NCBI GenBank assembly: GCA_963665775.2
Contig: CAXXTF010000001.1
Span: 672,001 to 736,000 of the forward strand
Direction: 5' to 3'
From: Dehalococcoidia bacterium
Lineage (GTDB): Bacteria > Chloroflexota > Dehalococcoidia > SM23-28-2 > RBG-16-64-32
Length of the DNA: 64,000 nucleotides
Below, piece by piece: positions 1 through 10,400 of the stretch. The notes under the pieces are model-generated. The model saw only the letters and a program-made list of their open reading frames with translations. It was not told the DNA's origin and did not search any database. Position numbers and translations under genes: made by a program. The first letter of the stretch is position 1. Every line of letters begins with the position of its first letter.

Positions 1-852
1 ATCGAAAGCGATAACCACCCCGGTGCCGACCGCCGTCAGAGCGACGGCGCCGACCGCCATCTGCACAAGGTCGCCGTCACTGAGGGATGACGGCGGCGGG
101 AACGCGTCGAACCAGAGATAGTAGGCCGCCTGGCAGACCGGTAAGGTCAGCAAGAAGGCGATAGCGTGTCGGAAGAAGAACTCCTCGAACGCCGCCGAAC
201 CTGTGTGGCGCCATCGCAGCCACGCCGCGGCCCCCATCCACGCCATCACGGCCGGCCCGAGGAACCACTGTTCGCCTTCGATGATGCCCACGGCACGCTC
301 AACTCCATGGGCGACACCGAGGAACAGCGCCAGGTACGCGTTGCCGGTCCGTCCCGGCCGATCATAGATGAGGAACCAGCCCATCACGAAGAAAAGCGGG
401 AAGAACTGGATGTAATGGGAGAGCCCTTCGTCGAGGAAGTACACCAGATTGTATACCGCCCCATCGGTGATCCCTTCTCGCTCCCGGGAGAGGACCTCAA
501 TCGTGTCGGTGACGTGAACGCCTATACCGTAGAGGATGATCGCGATCGAGACGGTTCCGATGAACTGAAGCCGGTGGTGCTTCTTGAGGGCTTCGGGTTC
601 CGTGGGCACGTCGCCGAACACGTCGGTGTTGACCTGATGCAGCGCGAGCCAGATCAAGGGGCCGTAGAAGATGATCTCCACCCACAGGTACGTGGGGATC
701 CCCTGAATCCAGGTGTAAGGGATGAACTCGAGTCCGAGGATGTCCCCGAGGAAGTCGCGCAGGATCGCGGTGTAGAGGCGGGCAAACACGACAACGCTGA
801 ACCAGAATACCGCCCGGGTCCGGATCTTGGTAATGCCCTCGCTGCTGCCCAC
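1..852 (-). CDS. multi-pass membrane protein, runs off the left edge (partial)
   Basis: Not in the ORF track (no stop in window). Frame from GTG at 852 reads VGSSEGITKIRTRAVFWFSVVVLARLY...GTGVVIAFD with several hydrophobic segments; ORF 166..858(+) is its antisense shadow. Confidence 0.7.
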   Translation of the reverse strand, partial: MGSSEGITKIRTRAVFWFSVVVFARLYTAILRDFLGDILGLEFIPYTWIQGIPTYLWVEIIFYGPLIWLALHQVNTDVFGDVPTEPEALKKHHRLQFIGTVSIAIILYGIGVHVTDTIEVLSREREGITDGAVYNLVYFLDEGLSHYIQFFPLFFVMGWFLIYDRPGRTGNAYLALFLGVAHGVERAVGIIEGEQWFLGPAVMAWMGAAAWLRWRHTGSAAFEEFFFRHAIAFLLTLPVCQAAYYLWFDAFPPPSSLSDGDLVQMAVGAVALTAVGTGVVIAFD

Positions 853-859
853 CGCTGAA

Positions 860-1834
860 TCATAAGCTGACGCGAGCCCAAGTGGGAAGATGGTCCGACA
901 AGCTTCCCCAGACCCCGCGCGGGCCCACGCCCGATCCCGTGAAGCGAACGCCACGGCCGAATATCAGGTCGATCGCGAGGCCGGAGTCCGTGGTGACGCG
1001 CTCGTCCGGCGGGAGCGCCGCGTGCGCGTCCACGTAGCCAGCTTCGACGAGAGCTTTGGTAGTCGGCTCCCGCGATCCGTCTTCCCCCCGTAGCCCAAGG
1101 TAGCGACCGACGTTCATGTCGCCACCCATCACCACGCCACGGTCCAGCTCAGACGCGTCTTCAATCAGCTCCCTGGCCTGGGCCTCGCGATAGGCGTCTG
1201 GGCCACCGGATCCGTGGCCGCGATGGCCAGACTCGAAGTGGACCGAGTACACGCGGAGCATCCGTTCGCCGATGCGGACGTCAGCGGCTAGGGCGACGCG
1301 GCCGCCAAGGCGTGGCTCGCCAACGTGCAGGATGCGCTGCACGGCGCTGTGCCAGATCCGAGTGCGCTGGTGGCGGATCAGCCTAACGTTCCCAAGGGGG
1401 AAGCGGGAGATGATCGCGTTGCCGTGCTCGCAGCGGTGCCGGACGCTGCCGCCCGGCCCACAGAATCGCGGCAGCTCGATGAACTCGACGCCGTACACAT
1501 AGCACAGGCCGAGCGCCCGGGCGTACTCTCTGGCGACGTTCCGATTACCGCTGCGCGTGCAGCCGCGGTCAGCCTCGTTGATGAGGAGAACGTCTGGCGA
1601 CGGCATCCCGGCGTCGCCGCCGAAGGCACGCAGCTGATCGTCCAGCCGCAGGCCGCGCTCCACGTTGTAGGTGCAGAGAACGATCTCGTCCTTCGGGGCC
1701 GCGGGCTGGCGCCTGAACTTCGCCCCCTCGAGGCGGCAAGCGAGGTGAGTGGGGCCGCAGCTTCTGGTACAGAGCCGGTCGCGGTTCGGATCGGGCTCTT
1801 CTTGTTGCCAGGGGAACTCTTGCCACGACATCAC
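860..1834 (-). CDS. endonuclease/exonuclease/phosphatase (EEP) family protein
   Basis: TYNVERG, LLINEAD, HGNAIISRFP, VYSVHFES, GGDMN, IDLIFG and SDHLP motifs. Confidence 0.9.
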   Translation of the reverse strand: MMSWQEFPWQQEEPDPNRDRLCTRSCGPTHLACRLEGAKFRRQPAAPKDEIVLCTYNVERGLRLDDQLRAFGGDAGMPSPDVLLINEADRGCTRSGNRNVAREYARALGLCYVYGVEFIELPRFCGPGGSVRHRCEHGNAIISRFPLGNVRLIRHQRTRIWHSAVQRILHVGEPRLGGRVALAADVRIGERMLRVYSVHFESGHRGHGSGGPDAYREAQARELIEDASELDRGVVMGGDMNVGRYLGLRGEDGSREPTTKALVEAGYVDAHAALPPDERVTTDSGLAIDLIFGRGVRFTGSGVGPRGVWGSLSDHLPTWARVSL

Positions 1835-1891
1835 TGACCTGCGCTATGAACGCTACCACACGCTATGTTGGTGGGCCATGGCCGTAGCCTC
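1835..1891 (-). repeat. dispersed non-coding element, copy 1
   Basis: Minus strand GAGGCTACGGCCATGGCCCACCAACATAGCGTGTGGTAGCGTTCATAGCGCAGGTCA matches copies at 36119 and 57526. Confidence 0.85.
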
Positions 1892-2285
1892 GAGGGGTGG
1901 CGTGGCGGGCCCAGGCGATGGCCCAGGTATCCGCGTGTACGGCGGTACCGGGGCGAAGCGGGATGGCGCCGGTAGCCTTCGGAAGTCAGGCACGTTGCTG
2001 GGCCTGTGCCTTCCTGTGGGTGTACTATTCCATTAGCACCTTGACGGATGAGCTTCAGGGCACCTTGCCGGACGGCGTTATCCAACGAAACCGTGTCGTG
2101 GCCTCTGATGCTCTCAGCACCGAGCATCTGGCTCCAACGCTGATGTACGTCAAGGCGTAGAAAGGCCTTCTACAGCTTGAGGTCCGAGACGACGCAGAGT
2201 CACGTAAGGCATTGCGGGGCTGTTGAATGATCGCTATGAGAAGCCCCAGTTCGGCCCGTGAGCCTTCTGGCCAGGAGAGCATGCG

Positions 2286-3098
2286 GTGACACAGACGAGT
2301 CCCTCCTTTTCCTTCGACCGGTTTGCGCGCCAACGCTTCTATACGGCGGCCAACCAGAGGCTCTTGGACCTGGTCTCACTGGGCAGCGGACAGACCGTGG
2401 TCGACCTGGGCTGCGGGACCGGCGCCGTCACACGGCTGATGCTGTCGAATGTGGATGGATTGGTCGTTGTCGCTGCTGATCCCTCCGCCGAAATGCTGGA
2501 GGAAGCCAAGACAAACCTGTCCGACGTGGCCGCTAAGGTCATCTTCGTACGCGCGGGAGCCGAGAATCTTTCCGGGTACCTTTCTACCAAAGTCGATGCC
2601 CTGGTCTTCTGCAATGCTATCCACCTGATTAGCGACAAGGCAGTGGTAGTGAGGGAGATCTCCAAGGTCTTGGGGCCTGGCGGTCGCTTCGCCTTTAACA
2701 CTACTTTCTTCGAGGGTGCCTTACCGGCCCCGTCGCTGGCGTTCTACAAGAAGATTATGCTGAAGAGCGTTAGAATACTCAGGAAGGATTACGGTGTGAC
2801 GCACAAGCGGGGAGAAAGGACAGAGGCAAGGCAGTTCCTTACGCCGGACGAGTACCAGGAGCTCCTTCTTAGATACAACTTCCGGATACTGCACCAAGAA
2901 GTGGTGGAGATGCAAATGTCCTTGGAGGCCGTGCGGGCCATATTGGAGTTCGACGAATTCATAGCGGGCGCCCTGCCCGGGGTCCCCGTGGCTCTTGGAA
3001 GCGCGGCGATGAAGACGGCGGCTGCTGAGGCCTTCGACGATTTACGCATGCAGTGGCTGCCTCGTAACTGGCTTCAGATCGTGGCCGAGAAGGGTTAG
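2286..3098 (+). CDS. class I SAM-dependent methyltransferase
   Basis: VVDLGCGTG motif I, DPSAEML, post-II NAIHLI. Confidence 0.9.
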   Translation: MTQTSPSFSFDRFARQRFYTAANQRLLDLVSLGSGQTVVDLGCGTGAVTRLMLSNVDGLVVVAADPSAEMLEEAKTNLSDVAAKVIFVRAGAENLSGYLSTKVDALVFCNAIHLISDKAVVVREISKVLGPGGRFAFNTTFFEGALPAPSLAFYKKIMLKSVRILRKDYGVTHKRGERTEARQFLTPDEYQELLLRYNFRILHQEVVEMQMSLEAVRAILEFDEFIAGALPGVPVALGSAAMKTAAAEAFDDLRMQWLPRNWLQIVAEKG

Positions 3099-3321
3099 GC
3101 TGTAGATGACGCTGCTGTCGCGTTTCTGGTTATGGGGTGGCACGATCCCGTTCTGTGGGGGCCATAGGCAACGAGCTGTTGGGGGTACTCCAGTGGCCTC
3201 GTGCTCGCCGGCCAGATCCGCATGGTCAAAGACCGTACTCTTGTCAGGTGCTCGTCGAAAGCATAGCATTGCCCCGCGCACTAACCTCCGCTCAGGCGGC
3301 TGCTAGAGGACCTAGGATTAG

Positions 3322-4410
3322 ATGCGGAATATAGGACAAGAACTCCTGCTGAGCACTCCAAACAAAACGCTGGGGAGCGAACCGGCTCAACCTTACCAAG
3401 CAGGGCCTACAATGCGCCTGAGCGAAAATGATTACGCGGAGTTGAAGCAGCTCATTAATCAGAAGGGGTTGCTGCACAAGCAGCCTGCTTACTACACCGG
3501 CCAAATTTTGCTGATTCTGAGTCTGCTGGCTCTCAGCCTGACCTTTGTGGTCCTCGTGGACACCCTCTGGCTACAGCTCCTGAATGCCGCATTTCTCGCC
3601 TTTGTGTTCGGCCAGATAGGCTTCGTCGGCCACGATGCGGGCCATCGACAGATTTTCCACGCGACCGGGAAGAATGACATCACCGGCCTAGCGGTGGGTC
3701 TCTTGCTCGGCACGAGCCGAAGCTGGTGGATAGACAAGCACAACCGGCATCACGGCAATCCCAATCAGCTCGATGTCGATCCCGACATTTCGATCCCCGT
3801 CCTGGCCTTCTCCGAGGAGCAGGCCAGGACGAAACGGGGGGTGTTGCGGTTTGTCGTGAGATTCCAGGCCTATCTGTTCTTTCCGCTGCTGGCGCTGGAA
3901 GGGCTGGGTCTGCGGCTCGCTAGCATTCAATTTATGGCTCGGATCAGAGCGAGGTACATCCTGCCGGAACTGTTCCTTGCGACGGTCCACTTCGTGCTGT
4001 ACTTTGGATTCCTCTTCTCCGTACTGGGAGTCTGGCAGGCAACCGCGTTCATCATCGTCCACCAAGCGCTCTTCGGCCTCTATGTGGGCTCCACCTTTGC
4101 CCCCAACCACAAAGGCATGCCCCTCCTGGACAAGGGGAACCAACTGGACTTCCTGCGCCGGCAGGTGCTGACCTCCCGAAACGTTAAAGCGAACCCTCTC
4201 AGCGACTTCTGGTACGGCGGACTCAACTACCAGATCGAGCATCACCTGTTCCCGAACATGCCCCGCAACAAACTGCGAGATGCGCAAGAGATCGTCAAGC
4301 CATTTTGTCAAGCCCGTTCTGTATCGTACTGCGAGACGAGCATGCTTCAGTCATACAGGGAGGTGCTGCGGTATCTGCATCAGGTTGGTGCTCAGGGAGG
4401 ACTGGCATAG
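3322..4410 (+). CDS. membrane fatty acid (acyl-CoA) desaturase
   Basis: His boxes HDAGH, HNRHH, QIEHHLFP plus TM segments; true start may be ATG 3412. Confidence 0.93.
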   Translation: MRNIGQELLLSTPNKTLGSEPAQPYQAGPTMRLSENDYAELKQLINQKGLLHKQPAYYTGQILLILSLLALSLTFVVLVDTLWLQLLNAAFLAFVFGQIGFVGHDAGHRQIFHATGKNDITGLAVGLLLGTSRSWWIDKHNRHHGNPNQLDVDPDISIPVLAFSEEQARTKRGVLRFVVRFQAYLFFPLLALEGLGLRLASIQFMARIRARYILPELFLATVHFVLYFGFLFSVLGVWQATAFIIVHQALFGLYVGSTFAPNHKGMPLLDKGNQLDFLRRQVLTSRNVKANPLSDFWYGGLNYQIEHHLFPNMPRNKLRDAQEIVKPFCQARSVSYCETSMLQSYREVLRYLHQVGAQGGLA

Positions 4411-4565
4411 AGGCCATCGCGCAGCCGCTGGGCGATGGTGCCCTTCGGCCCGGTAGTCGCGGAAGACCTGGACTTCGATGCCGGGCCCGAGCACGCTCCA
4501 GTCCGCCATCTCCCGGGCGCAACCCTTGTAGCCGGTAGTCGTTGAGGATCGCGGCCCGTACCGGA

Positions 4566-5765
4566 CTAGGTAACCCCCCTTGCCCGAAGGTCTGCGATCT
4601 GCTGGGCGCTGTAACCGAACTCCTCCAACACCTCGTCGGTGTGTTCGCCCTGGTCCGGCGCCGGCCGCTTGATCTCGAACGGGTCTCCCTTCACCTTGAT
4701 GGCGTTGGCGGTCATCACCAGCTTTCCGGCCTTCGGGTGGTGCTGTTCGACGATCATCCCCCGCGCCTTCAGGTACTCGCTGTTGTGATAGTCGTTCGGG
4801 TTCGTGTAGGGGGCCCCGGCGAGGCGCTTCTCGTTGAAGATCTTCGTCCACTCCGTCTGGGTCTTCGTCTTCATGATCGGGATGATCTCCTTCCGCAGCG
4901 CCTGCGCGTCCTCGGGCGAGCTGTCGCGGCCGATGCGCGTCGTCTCCCAGTCGCCGCGGCCCTTCAGGTCGGACCGCCCGATCGCGTCGCAGAACCCTTC
5001 CCACAGGTGCCGCTCGGTCGCCGCCACCAGCATAAACTTGCCGTCCTTGGTCTCGTAGTACGTGTACTTCGAGGAGGTCGGCTCCTCCGGCGGCTCGTCG
5101 GTGTAGGTGCCGCCGTTAAGGGCGCTCAGGATCTCCTGACTGAACGCCATGAACGCCCCATCCGCGCAGGCTATGTCGATGTAGCAGCCCTTCCCCGTCA
5201 TCTGCGCTTGAAACAGCCCGCTGACGATCCCGAGCGCCGCCAGCCAGGGCCCGTTGGTAACGCCCGGGTGGGGGTACGGGCGCCACTGGAAATAGCCACC
5301 GTCGGTCGCCTTCATGGGCGTCGCCACGCCCGCCAGCGCATCGAAGGCGCCGCCATGGCTGGCCAGCCCGGTGAGGGGGCCGTCCTGCCCGAAGCCGCTC
5401 ACGGAGCAGTACACGATCTTCGGGTTGATGGCGCTCAGTTCCTCGTAGCTCAGCCCGTACTTCGTGATCGCGCCCGGACGGCTCCCCTCGACGAAGACGT
5501 GAGAAGTCTTGACGAGGTCGCGGATCAACTCCTGGCCTTCCTTGCGCTTGAAATCGATCGTGATGCTGCGCTTGCCGCGGTTGAGCCAGACGAAGTTCGC
5601 GCTCATCGTGCTCCGGTCGACACCGCGGAAGTAGTCGCCGAGCGAGGGTGGAGGCGTTTCGATCTTGATGACGTCCGCGCCGAGGTCGGCGAGCATCATC
5701 GTCGTGTGGGGGCCGGGGATGAGCCAGGAGACGTCGAGTACGCGGACGCCCTGTAAGAGCTTCAT
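4566..5765 (-). CDS. CaiB/BaiF family III CoA transferase
   Basis: LADLGADVIKIE, NRGKRSITID, SVSGFGQDGP; AAGGAGG RBS before ATG 5765. Confidence 0.92.
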   Translation of the reverse strand: MKLLQGVRVLDVSWLIPGPHTTMMLADLGADVIKIETPPPSLGDYFRGVDRSTMSANFVWLNRGKRSITIDFKRKEGQELIRDLVKTSHVFVEGSRPGAITKYGLSYEELSAINPKIVYCSVSGFGQDGPLTGLASHGGAFDALAGVATPMKATDGGYFQWRPYPHPGVTNGPWLAALGIVSGLFQAQMTGKGCYIDIACADGAFMAFSQEILSALNGGTYTDEPPEEPTSSKYTYYETKDGKFMLVAATERHLWEGFCDAIGRSDLKGRGDWETTRIGRDSSPEDAQALRKEIIPIMKTKTQTEWTKIFNEKRLAGAPYTNPNDYHNSEYLKARGMIVEQHHPKAGKLVMTANAIKVKGDPFEIKRPAPDQGEHTDEVLEEFGYSAQQIADLRARGVT

Positions 5766-5837
5766 CAGGTTGTTCCTCCTTAGTGACTTGTGGCCGCTTT
5801 CAGCCGGACCATTAGCATTCCAAAGCCCGGTACGCAC

Positions 5838-8177
5838 CTACCTCAGCATGAGGGGTTTTCGGGCTTCCTCACTCCAGTTCACGATCCCCATCTCCTTCAG
5901 CTTCGCGATGCGCGGAGCGTCGAAACCGATTTCGGCGAGAAGCGCGCGTGTACTGGCCCCCATCGATTCAGGCACGTCCAATTTCCCGGATGTCCCCGAG
6001 AGGTTGATGGCGGCACCGCACTGTTCAACGCGACCTACACCAGGCTGTTCGAACTCGATGATGAACTGGTCCTGTCCGCCATCAGCATCCTCAAACAGGA
6101 AGTCCCACCATGTGCGGTCGGCTCGTGCGCAGGCCACGCCCCGGGCCTGGAGCGTCATTTCCCAGTCAGCCGCATGCCGCTGCATGAACAACGGCTCCAG
6201 CAGCCGGACCAGGACCTCATTGGATGCCCTGCGGTCTTGTTCCGTGCGGAAACGGACATCGCCGCGCCATTCCGGGTGGCCTACCACATCCGTGAAGGCC
6301 GCCCACTCATCGTCGGTAAGACACGCGAGGAATACCCAGCTTCCCCCGGACGACCGATACAGCCGGTAGAGGGCATGCAGGCCGTACTGGCCGCTGTCGG
6401 GCAGGGGACGCTCCGGCTTCCCCTCGTACCGTATGAAATCGTCGGAGTTGAGATAGGCGGAGCTGACAAGCATCGTTGTTTCGACGTTCTGCGCCTTGCC
6501 GCTGATCTCACGTGCCCTGAGGCCCAGCAGGGCGCCCACCGCAACACCGAGGAGGGCACTGTGATCGCCCGTGCGGCGATCCTGTGGTGGGTTTCCAAGC
6601 CCTGCTTGCAGTATCTCGCCGCCCGCCATTGCAGACACCACCGGGTCAAAGGTCGGACGGTGCGCGTCCGGGCCGCTGGAGCCAAAGGAGGCGGCGTAGA
6701 GATAGATGATGCGGGGGTTGACCTCAACGACGGTCGCAAAATCGATCCCCAGCCGTTCCGGCACACCGGGCCGGAAGTTATGTACCAGGATGTCCGCTTT
6801 CGCGACCAGTTTATGGACGATATCCTGCCTTTCCGGGGTCTTCAGATCCACAGCGACACGTTCCTTGCCGCGATTAATTCGGAAAAAGAGCTCGCCCGGG
6901 TTGCGTCCCATCGGGTCGCCGTCGGGCGGCTCAATCTTGATGACCCGCGCTCCCAGGTCCGAGAGGATGCCTGGCCCCCCAGGAGCGGCCGCATACAGGG
7001 AGAAATCAAGAATGGTCACGTCCTGCAACGGCCCGGCCGGTAGCGTGGACTGGCCGGAGTTCGTGGCGGCACTCGTATTGCGCGGCCTGCGGTCCCCACT
7101 CGGCGAACGCAACACCTGCTCGGTGTGCTGACCCACCAGCGGCGCCGGACCTGGCCAGCGCCACTCACCGTCAAGGAACTGGGCGATAGGCCCGACCTGT
7201 TTCATTGGCCCTACATTGTGATCGAGCACGTCCACCACGTGCTTGTTGTGGGCCACCTGCGGATAGTCCATGAATTCCTGCGTCGTCATGAAGGTGGCAT
7301 AGACTACGTCCTGCTCCTCGAAGATCTCGATCCACTCCGCGAGCGGGCGTTTCTTGTACGCCGCGTCGATGAGCGCATTGAGCTTATCGCGATCGCCGGG
7401 GTGCTCGATTTCGAGTGCCCGAAGCATATGGTCGAGGAAGTGCCAGGCGTTCCCGGACTGGATCCACTTTCCATCGGCGCACTCCGCGATCCGGTAGCCG
7501 GCGCCATTTCGGGGGTCGCGCCCCTGAGCTGAGGACCGCAATTGCGCCGACAGCTCTGGCGTTTCGCCCCGAATGCCGCCGTACGAGTAAACGAAGTTGG
7601 CTTGGACAAGCGATGTCTCAACCTTCTGCCCGAGGCCGGTCCTGTCCCGTGCCTGTAGGGCGGAGAGGACGCCGATCAGGCCAAGCATGGCCGCCCCGTA
7701 GCTGCACTTGGGCATTGCGTCGTAAATGGGGCCGTCGTTGCGATAGCCACTTCGCATGGCATGCTGTCCGCACTTCGCAGCCACGACGCCCTCGGAGGCC
7801 TTGTAGTGGCTGTACCTTCCGGACTGGCCGAATCCAGTGATGGAGAGGTAAATGAGGCCGCGATTCGCTTCGGCCAGCTCCTCATACGCGATCCCCAGCC
7901 GAGACGCTACACCCGGCCGAAAGTTCTCGATCACGATATCGCAGTCCGCCGCCAATGCCCGCGACAAGCGCCGATGTTCCTCCGTCCTCAGGTCGAGGGC
8001 GACACCCAGTTTCCCCCGATTCCACTGGAGAAACGCAGGCATGGCGCGAAAGCGCTCACCATCCGGTGGCTCCACCTTGATGACTTCGGCTCCGTAATCG
8101 GCGAGAACCATGCCGGGTATTGCTCCGTACCCCTGTCCGAAGGCCAATACGCGCAACCCAGCACAGGCCTGGGCCAT
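5838..8177 (-). CDS. double-domain family III CoA transferase
   Basis: Two tandem CaiB domains (GAEVIKVEPP/NRGK/ENFRPG and GARVIKIEPP/NRGK/HNFRPG). Confidence 0.9.
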   Translation of the reverse strand: MAQACAGLRVLAFGQGYGAIPGMVLADYGAEVIKVEPPDGERFRAMPAFLQWNRGKLGVALDLRTEEHRRLSRALAADCDIVIENFRPGVASRLGIAYEELAEANRGLIYLSITGFGQSGRYSHYKASEGVVAAKCGQHAMRSGYRNDGPIYDAMPKCSYGAAMLGLIGVLSALQARDRTGLGQKVETSLVQANFVYSYGGIRGETPELSAQLRSSAQGRDPRNGAGYRIAECADGKWIQSGNAWHFLDHMLRALEIEHPGDRDKLNALIDAAYKKRPLAEWIEIFEEQDVVYATFMTTQEFMDYPQVAHNKHVVDVLDHNVGPMKQVGPIAQFLDGEWRWPGPAPLVGQHTEQVLRSPSGDRRPRNTSAATNSGQSTLPAGPLQDVTILDFSLYAAAPGGPGILSDLGARVIKIEPPDGDPMGRNPGELFFRINRGKERVAVDLKTPERQDIVHKLVAKADILVHNFRPGVPERLGIDFATVVEVNPRIIYLYAASFGSSGPDAHRPTFDPVVSAMAGGEILQAGLGNPPQDRRTGDHSALLGVAVGALLGLRAREISGKAQNVETTMLVSSAYLNSDDFIRYEGKPERPLPDSGQYGLHALYRLYRSSGGSWVFLACLTDDEWAAFTDVVGHPEWRGDVRFRTEQDRRASNEVLVRLLEPLFMQRHAADWEMTLQARGVACARADRTWWDFLFEDADGGQDQFIIEFEQPGVGRVEQCGAAINLSGTSGKLDVPESMGASTRALLAEIGFDAPRIAKLKEMGIVNWSEEARKPLMLR

Positions 8178-8419
8178 GGCTAAATCCTCACGTCCCCACA
8201 CCGCCTTGTGCTAGCCAACATGCCTCTCTGCAATCTCGTTGTAATCACTTGGCGATTCCCGTCTGGAGCGTCTTCGCGCCCGCTTCCGCGCTCCTACCCG
8301 CTTCCGCGCTACTACCGTTCCTAATGCAGCGGGCCGTTTAATGCGATACCTCCTGTTTCAACCGAGATTCCCCATATCAAGCTTGGCCTGGCCCATCACC
8401 GGCGCTACTCGACGGTCGA

Positions 8420-8448
8420 ACATTACTACGGGCGAGATGGGCTGTCAA
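8420..8448 (-). promoter_or_regulatory. sigma70-type promoter for the CoA transferase pair
   Basis: Minus strand TTGACA-17 bp-TAATGT. Confidence 0.6.
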
Positions 8449-8774
8449 TCAAGCTTCCTCCCCCGGTATTCTCTGCTCTTCCTTGGCAGCCATTGACGCG
8501 CTACTTCTTCTCTGAACACCCCCAGCGCCATTCCTAGAGCCAAGAATGGCCGCTCCCGGTCGTGCACACGCTCGGCCATCTCATCGGCCTCGTTGTGCAG
8601 CTGGCGTACGCTTGCGGCGGCTGACCGTGACGCCCCGCGGCTGGGCGCGCCGAGACCGCGCTACTTTGCTGGCGACGCTGCGAAGTCGTTGCGCATCGAA
8701 CCGAAGCTGGGCGGCAAGATAGTGGAGAATAGGCCCCGAATAGGTTGACGACATACACTTAAGAGGGAGCTTGG

Positions 8775-8803
8775 TTGACACCTCGTGTCGTCAATGGTAA
8801 TCT
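8775..8803 (+). promoter_or_regulatory. sigma70-type promoter for the amidohydrolase
   Basis: TTGACA-17 bp-TAATCT with TG extension; TGTCGTCAA in the spacer is the inverse of TTGACGACA at ~8745. Confidence 0.65.
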
Positions 8804-8855
8804 TCAGCACCAGGGCAAAATTGAAACGGAAAATCCCGGGTGAAGGAGGAGATCG

Positions 8856-10061
8856 ATGCGCAACTATCAGTTAGTGTCTGCCGATTCCCATTTGGAGGCG
8901 CCGCCTGTGTGGGCGGAGAGGCTGCCCAAGGACCTACGGGACAAAGGTCCGCGCATGGTGGAGCTAGAAGACGGTGATGGGGTAGTGCTGGGCGACGGTG
9001 ATCCCGTCCCTATCACTGGATTGGCATTGACTGCCGGCCAGAAGTACGCCGAGATCAGACCGCGCGGCCGTAAATACAGTGAAGAACCAGGCGCCGGCGT
9101 CAACCCACAGCAGCGGGTGGCCGAGCAGGACAAGGACGGGGTTGACGCGGAGAACCTCTTCCCCGCTGTGGCGACTATCCTGACCCAGATGAAGGACCCC
9201 CGCCTCGTGCGCGAGTCGGCGCGGGCCTACAACGACTGGCTATCGGATTACTGCTCTTACGCCCCCGACCGGCTCTTCGGCCTCGCGATAATGCCCTTCA
9301 CCGGCGTCGACGATGCCACCGCCGAGCTGCGCCGCGTGGCCGGGAAGACCGGTATCCGAGGCGCCTGGCTCCTAAGGTTCCCCTCTGGGGAGGAGTGGGC
9401 AACGGCGGAGGACGACAAGTTCTGGGCCGCAGCTGCTGAGGTCGGGATCACGGTGACACCCCACCACAACTTTGGCGGCCGGGACCTCGTTGCAGGTCAA
9501 CTCGCGGGCGAGCCCGGCGAGAAACGGCTCCTCGGGCTTATGACCTGCGACATGATGGTGCCCACCATACCCCTTACCACCATCTTGCAGCTCATGCTCA
9601 CCGGCGTGCTGGACCGGCACCCGAAGCTTCGATTCTTCTTTGCCGAGGCGGGCATCGGCTGGATACCCTACTGGTTGGAGCAGATGGACGACCGCCATGA
9701 CCGCCACCAAACCTGGTGCGAAGTGGAGCTGCCGCGGCGGCCCAGCCAGTACGTCCGTGAGCATTGCGCCTTTTCCTTCCAGGAAGACCATGCCGGTGTC
9801 ACCTTGCGCGACCAGATGATCGACAACATCTGCTGGGCCAGCGACTTCCCCCACTCCGTGGGCGATTGGCCATATTCAGGGGAGACGGCGGCTCGCCAGT
9901 TCAGGGGAGTGCCTGACTACGAGCGGCGGAAGATTCAAGCGCTGAACATAACGGAGTGGCTAAGGGTCATCACACCCCAGGAAAAGGAGGAGATGGCCCG
10001 ACAGCCGGTGATGGACAAGGCGCCCGCTGAGCTGCTGGCCCGCGGGTCCCGGCGGATCTAA
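8856..10061 (+). CDS. amidohydrolase family protein (Amidohydro_2-like)
   Basis: SADSH, AYNDWL, AEAGIGW, WASDFPH; AGGAGG RBS. Confidence 0.92.
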   Translation: MRNYQLVSADSHLEAPPVWAERLPKDLRDKGPRMVELEDGDGVVLGDGDPVPITGLALTAGQKYAEIRPRGRKYSEEPGAGVNPQQRVAEQDKDGVDAENLFPAVATILTQMKDPRLVRESARAYNDWLSDYCSYAPDRLFGLAIMPFTGVDDATAELRRVAGKTGIRGAWLLRFPSGEEWATAEDDKFWAAAAEVGITVTPHHNFGGRDLVAGQLAGEPGEKRLLGLMTCDMMVPTIPLTTILQLMLTGVLDRHPKLRFFFAEAGIGWIPYWLEQMDDRHDRHQTWCEVELPRRPSQYVREHCAFSFQEDHAGVTLRDQMIDNICWASDFPHSVGDWPYSGETAARQFRGVPDYERRKIQALNITEWLRVITPQEKEEMARQPVMDKAPAELLARGSRRI

Positions 10062-10087
10062 CCGCAGAGGAGGGGGCCCTGTCGCCG

Positions 10088-10170
10088 GCGCGCCCGACGG
10101 TGAGAAGATCGCGTTTACTTCCGGCCGGGATGGCAACGAAGAGATATACGTCGTAGATGTCGAATACAGA
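10088..10170 (+). pseudogene. isolated TolB/PD40-type repeat fragment
   Basis: Translates APDGEKIAFTSGRDGNEEIYVVD with no start or surrounding gene. Confidence 0.6.
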
Positions 10171-10172
10171 CC

Positions 10173-10400
10173 TCACCCGTGGAGGCCCAGAACGGGATGA
10201 GCCACGATCCGGCCCACCCGCAGCGGGCCGGCCCGAGCAGATGGCTCGGTAGGGGTCAGGAGGTCCCGGGCGCGGTGAGGCCGCCCTCCATCGTAGCGGG
10301 CCACGTACTCCCGCAGCACACGGCGAAGGTGTCGCTCGTTGAAAATGATGAGGCGATCTAAGCGCGCCCGAACCGAGTGGCCTCGCACTAGGCCCAATGT
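10173..10400 (-). pseudogene. integrase-core transposase remnant
   Basis: LDRLIIFNERHLRRVLREYVARYDGGRPHRA is a typical C-terminal rve-type transposase segment. Confidence 0.75.

Noticed and set aside
166-858. 230-aa plus-strand ORF
   Set aside because: Antisense shadow of the minus-strand membrane protein; the same applies to 4542..5756, 5790..7043, 29465..30634 and 56020..57465.
1-5000. Impression of CTAG excess
   Set aside because: A rough count in the first 5 kb found only about six, below random expectation for this composition.
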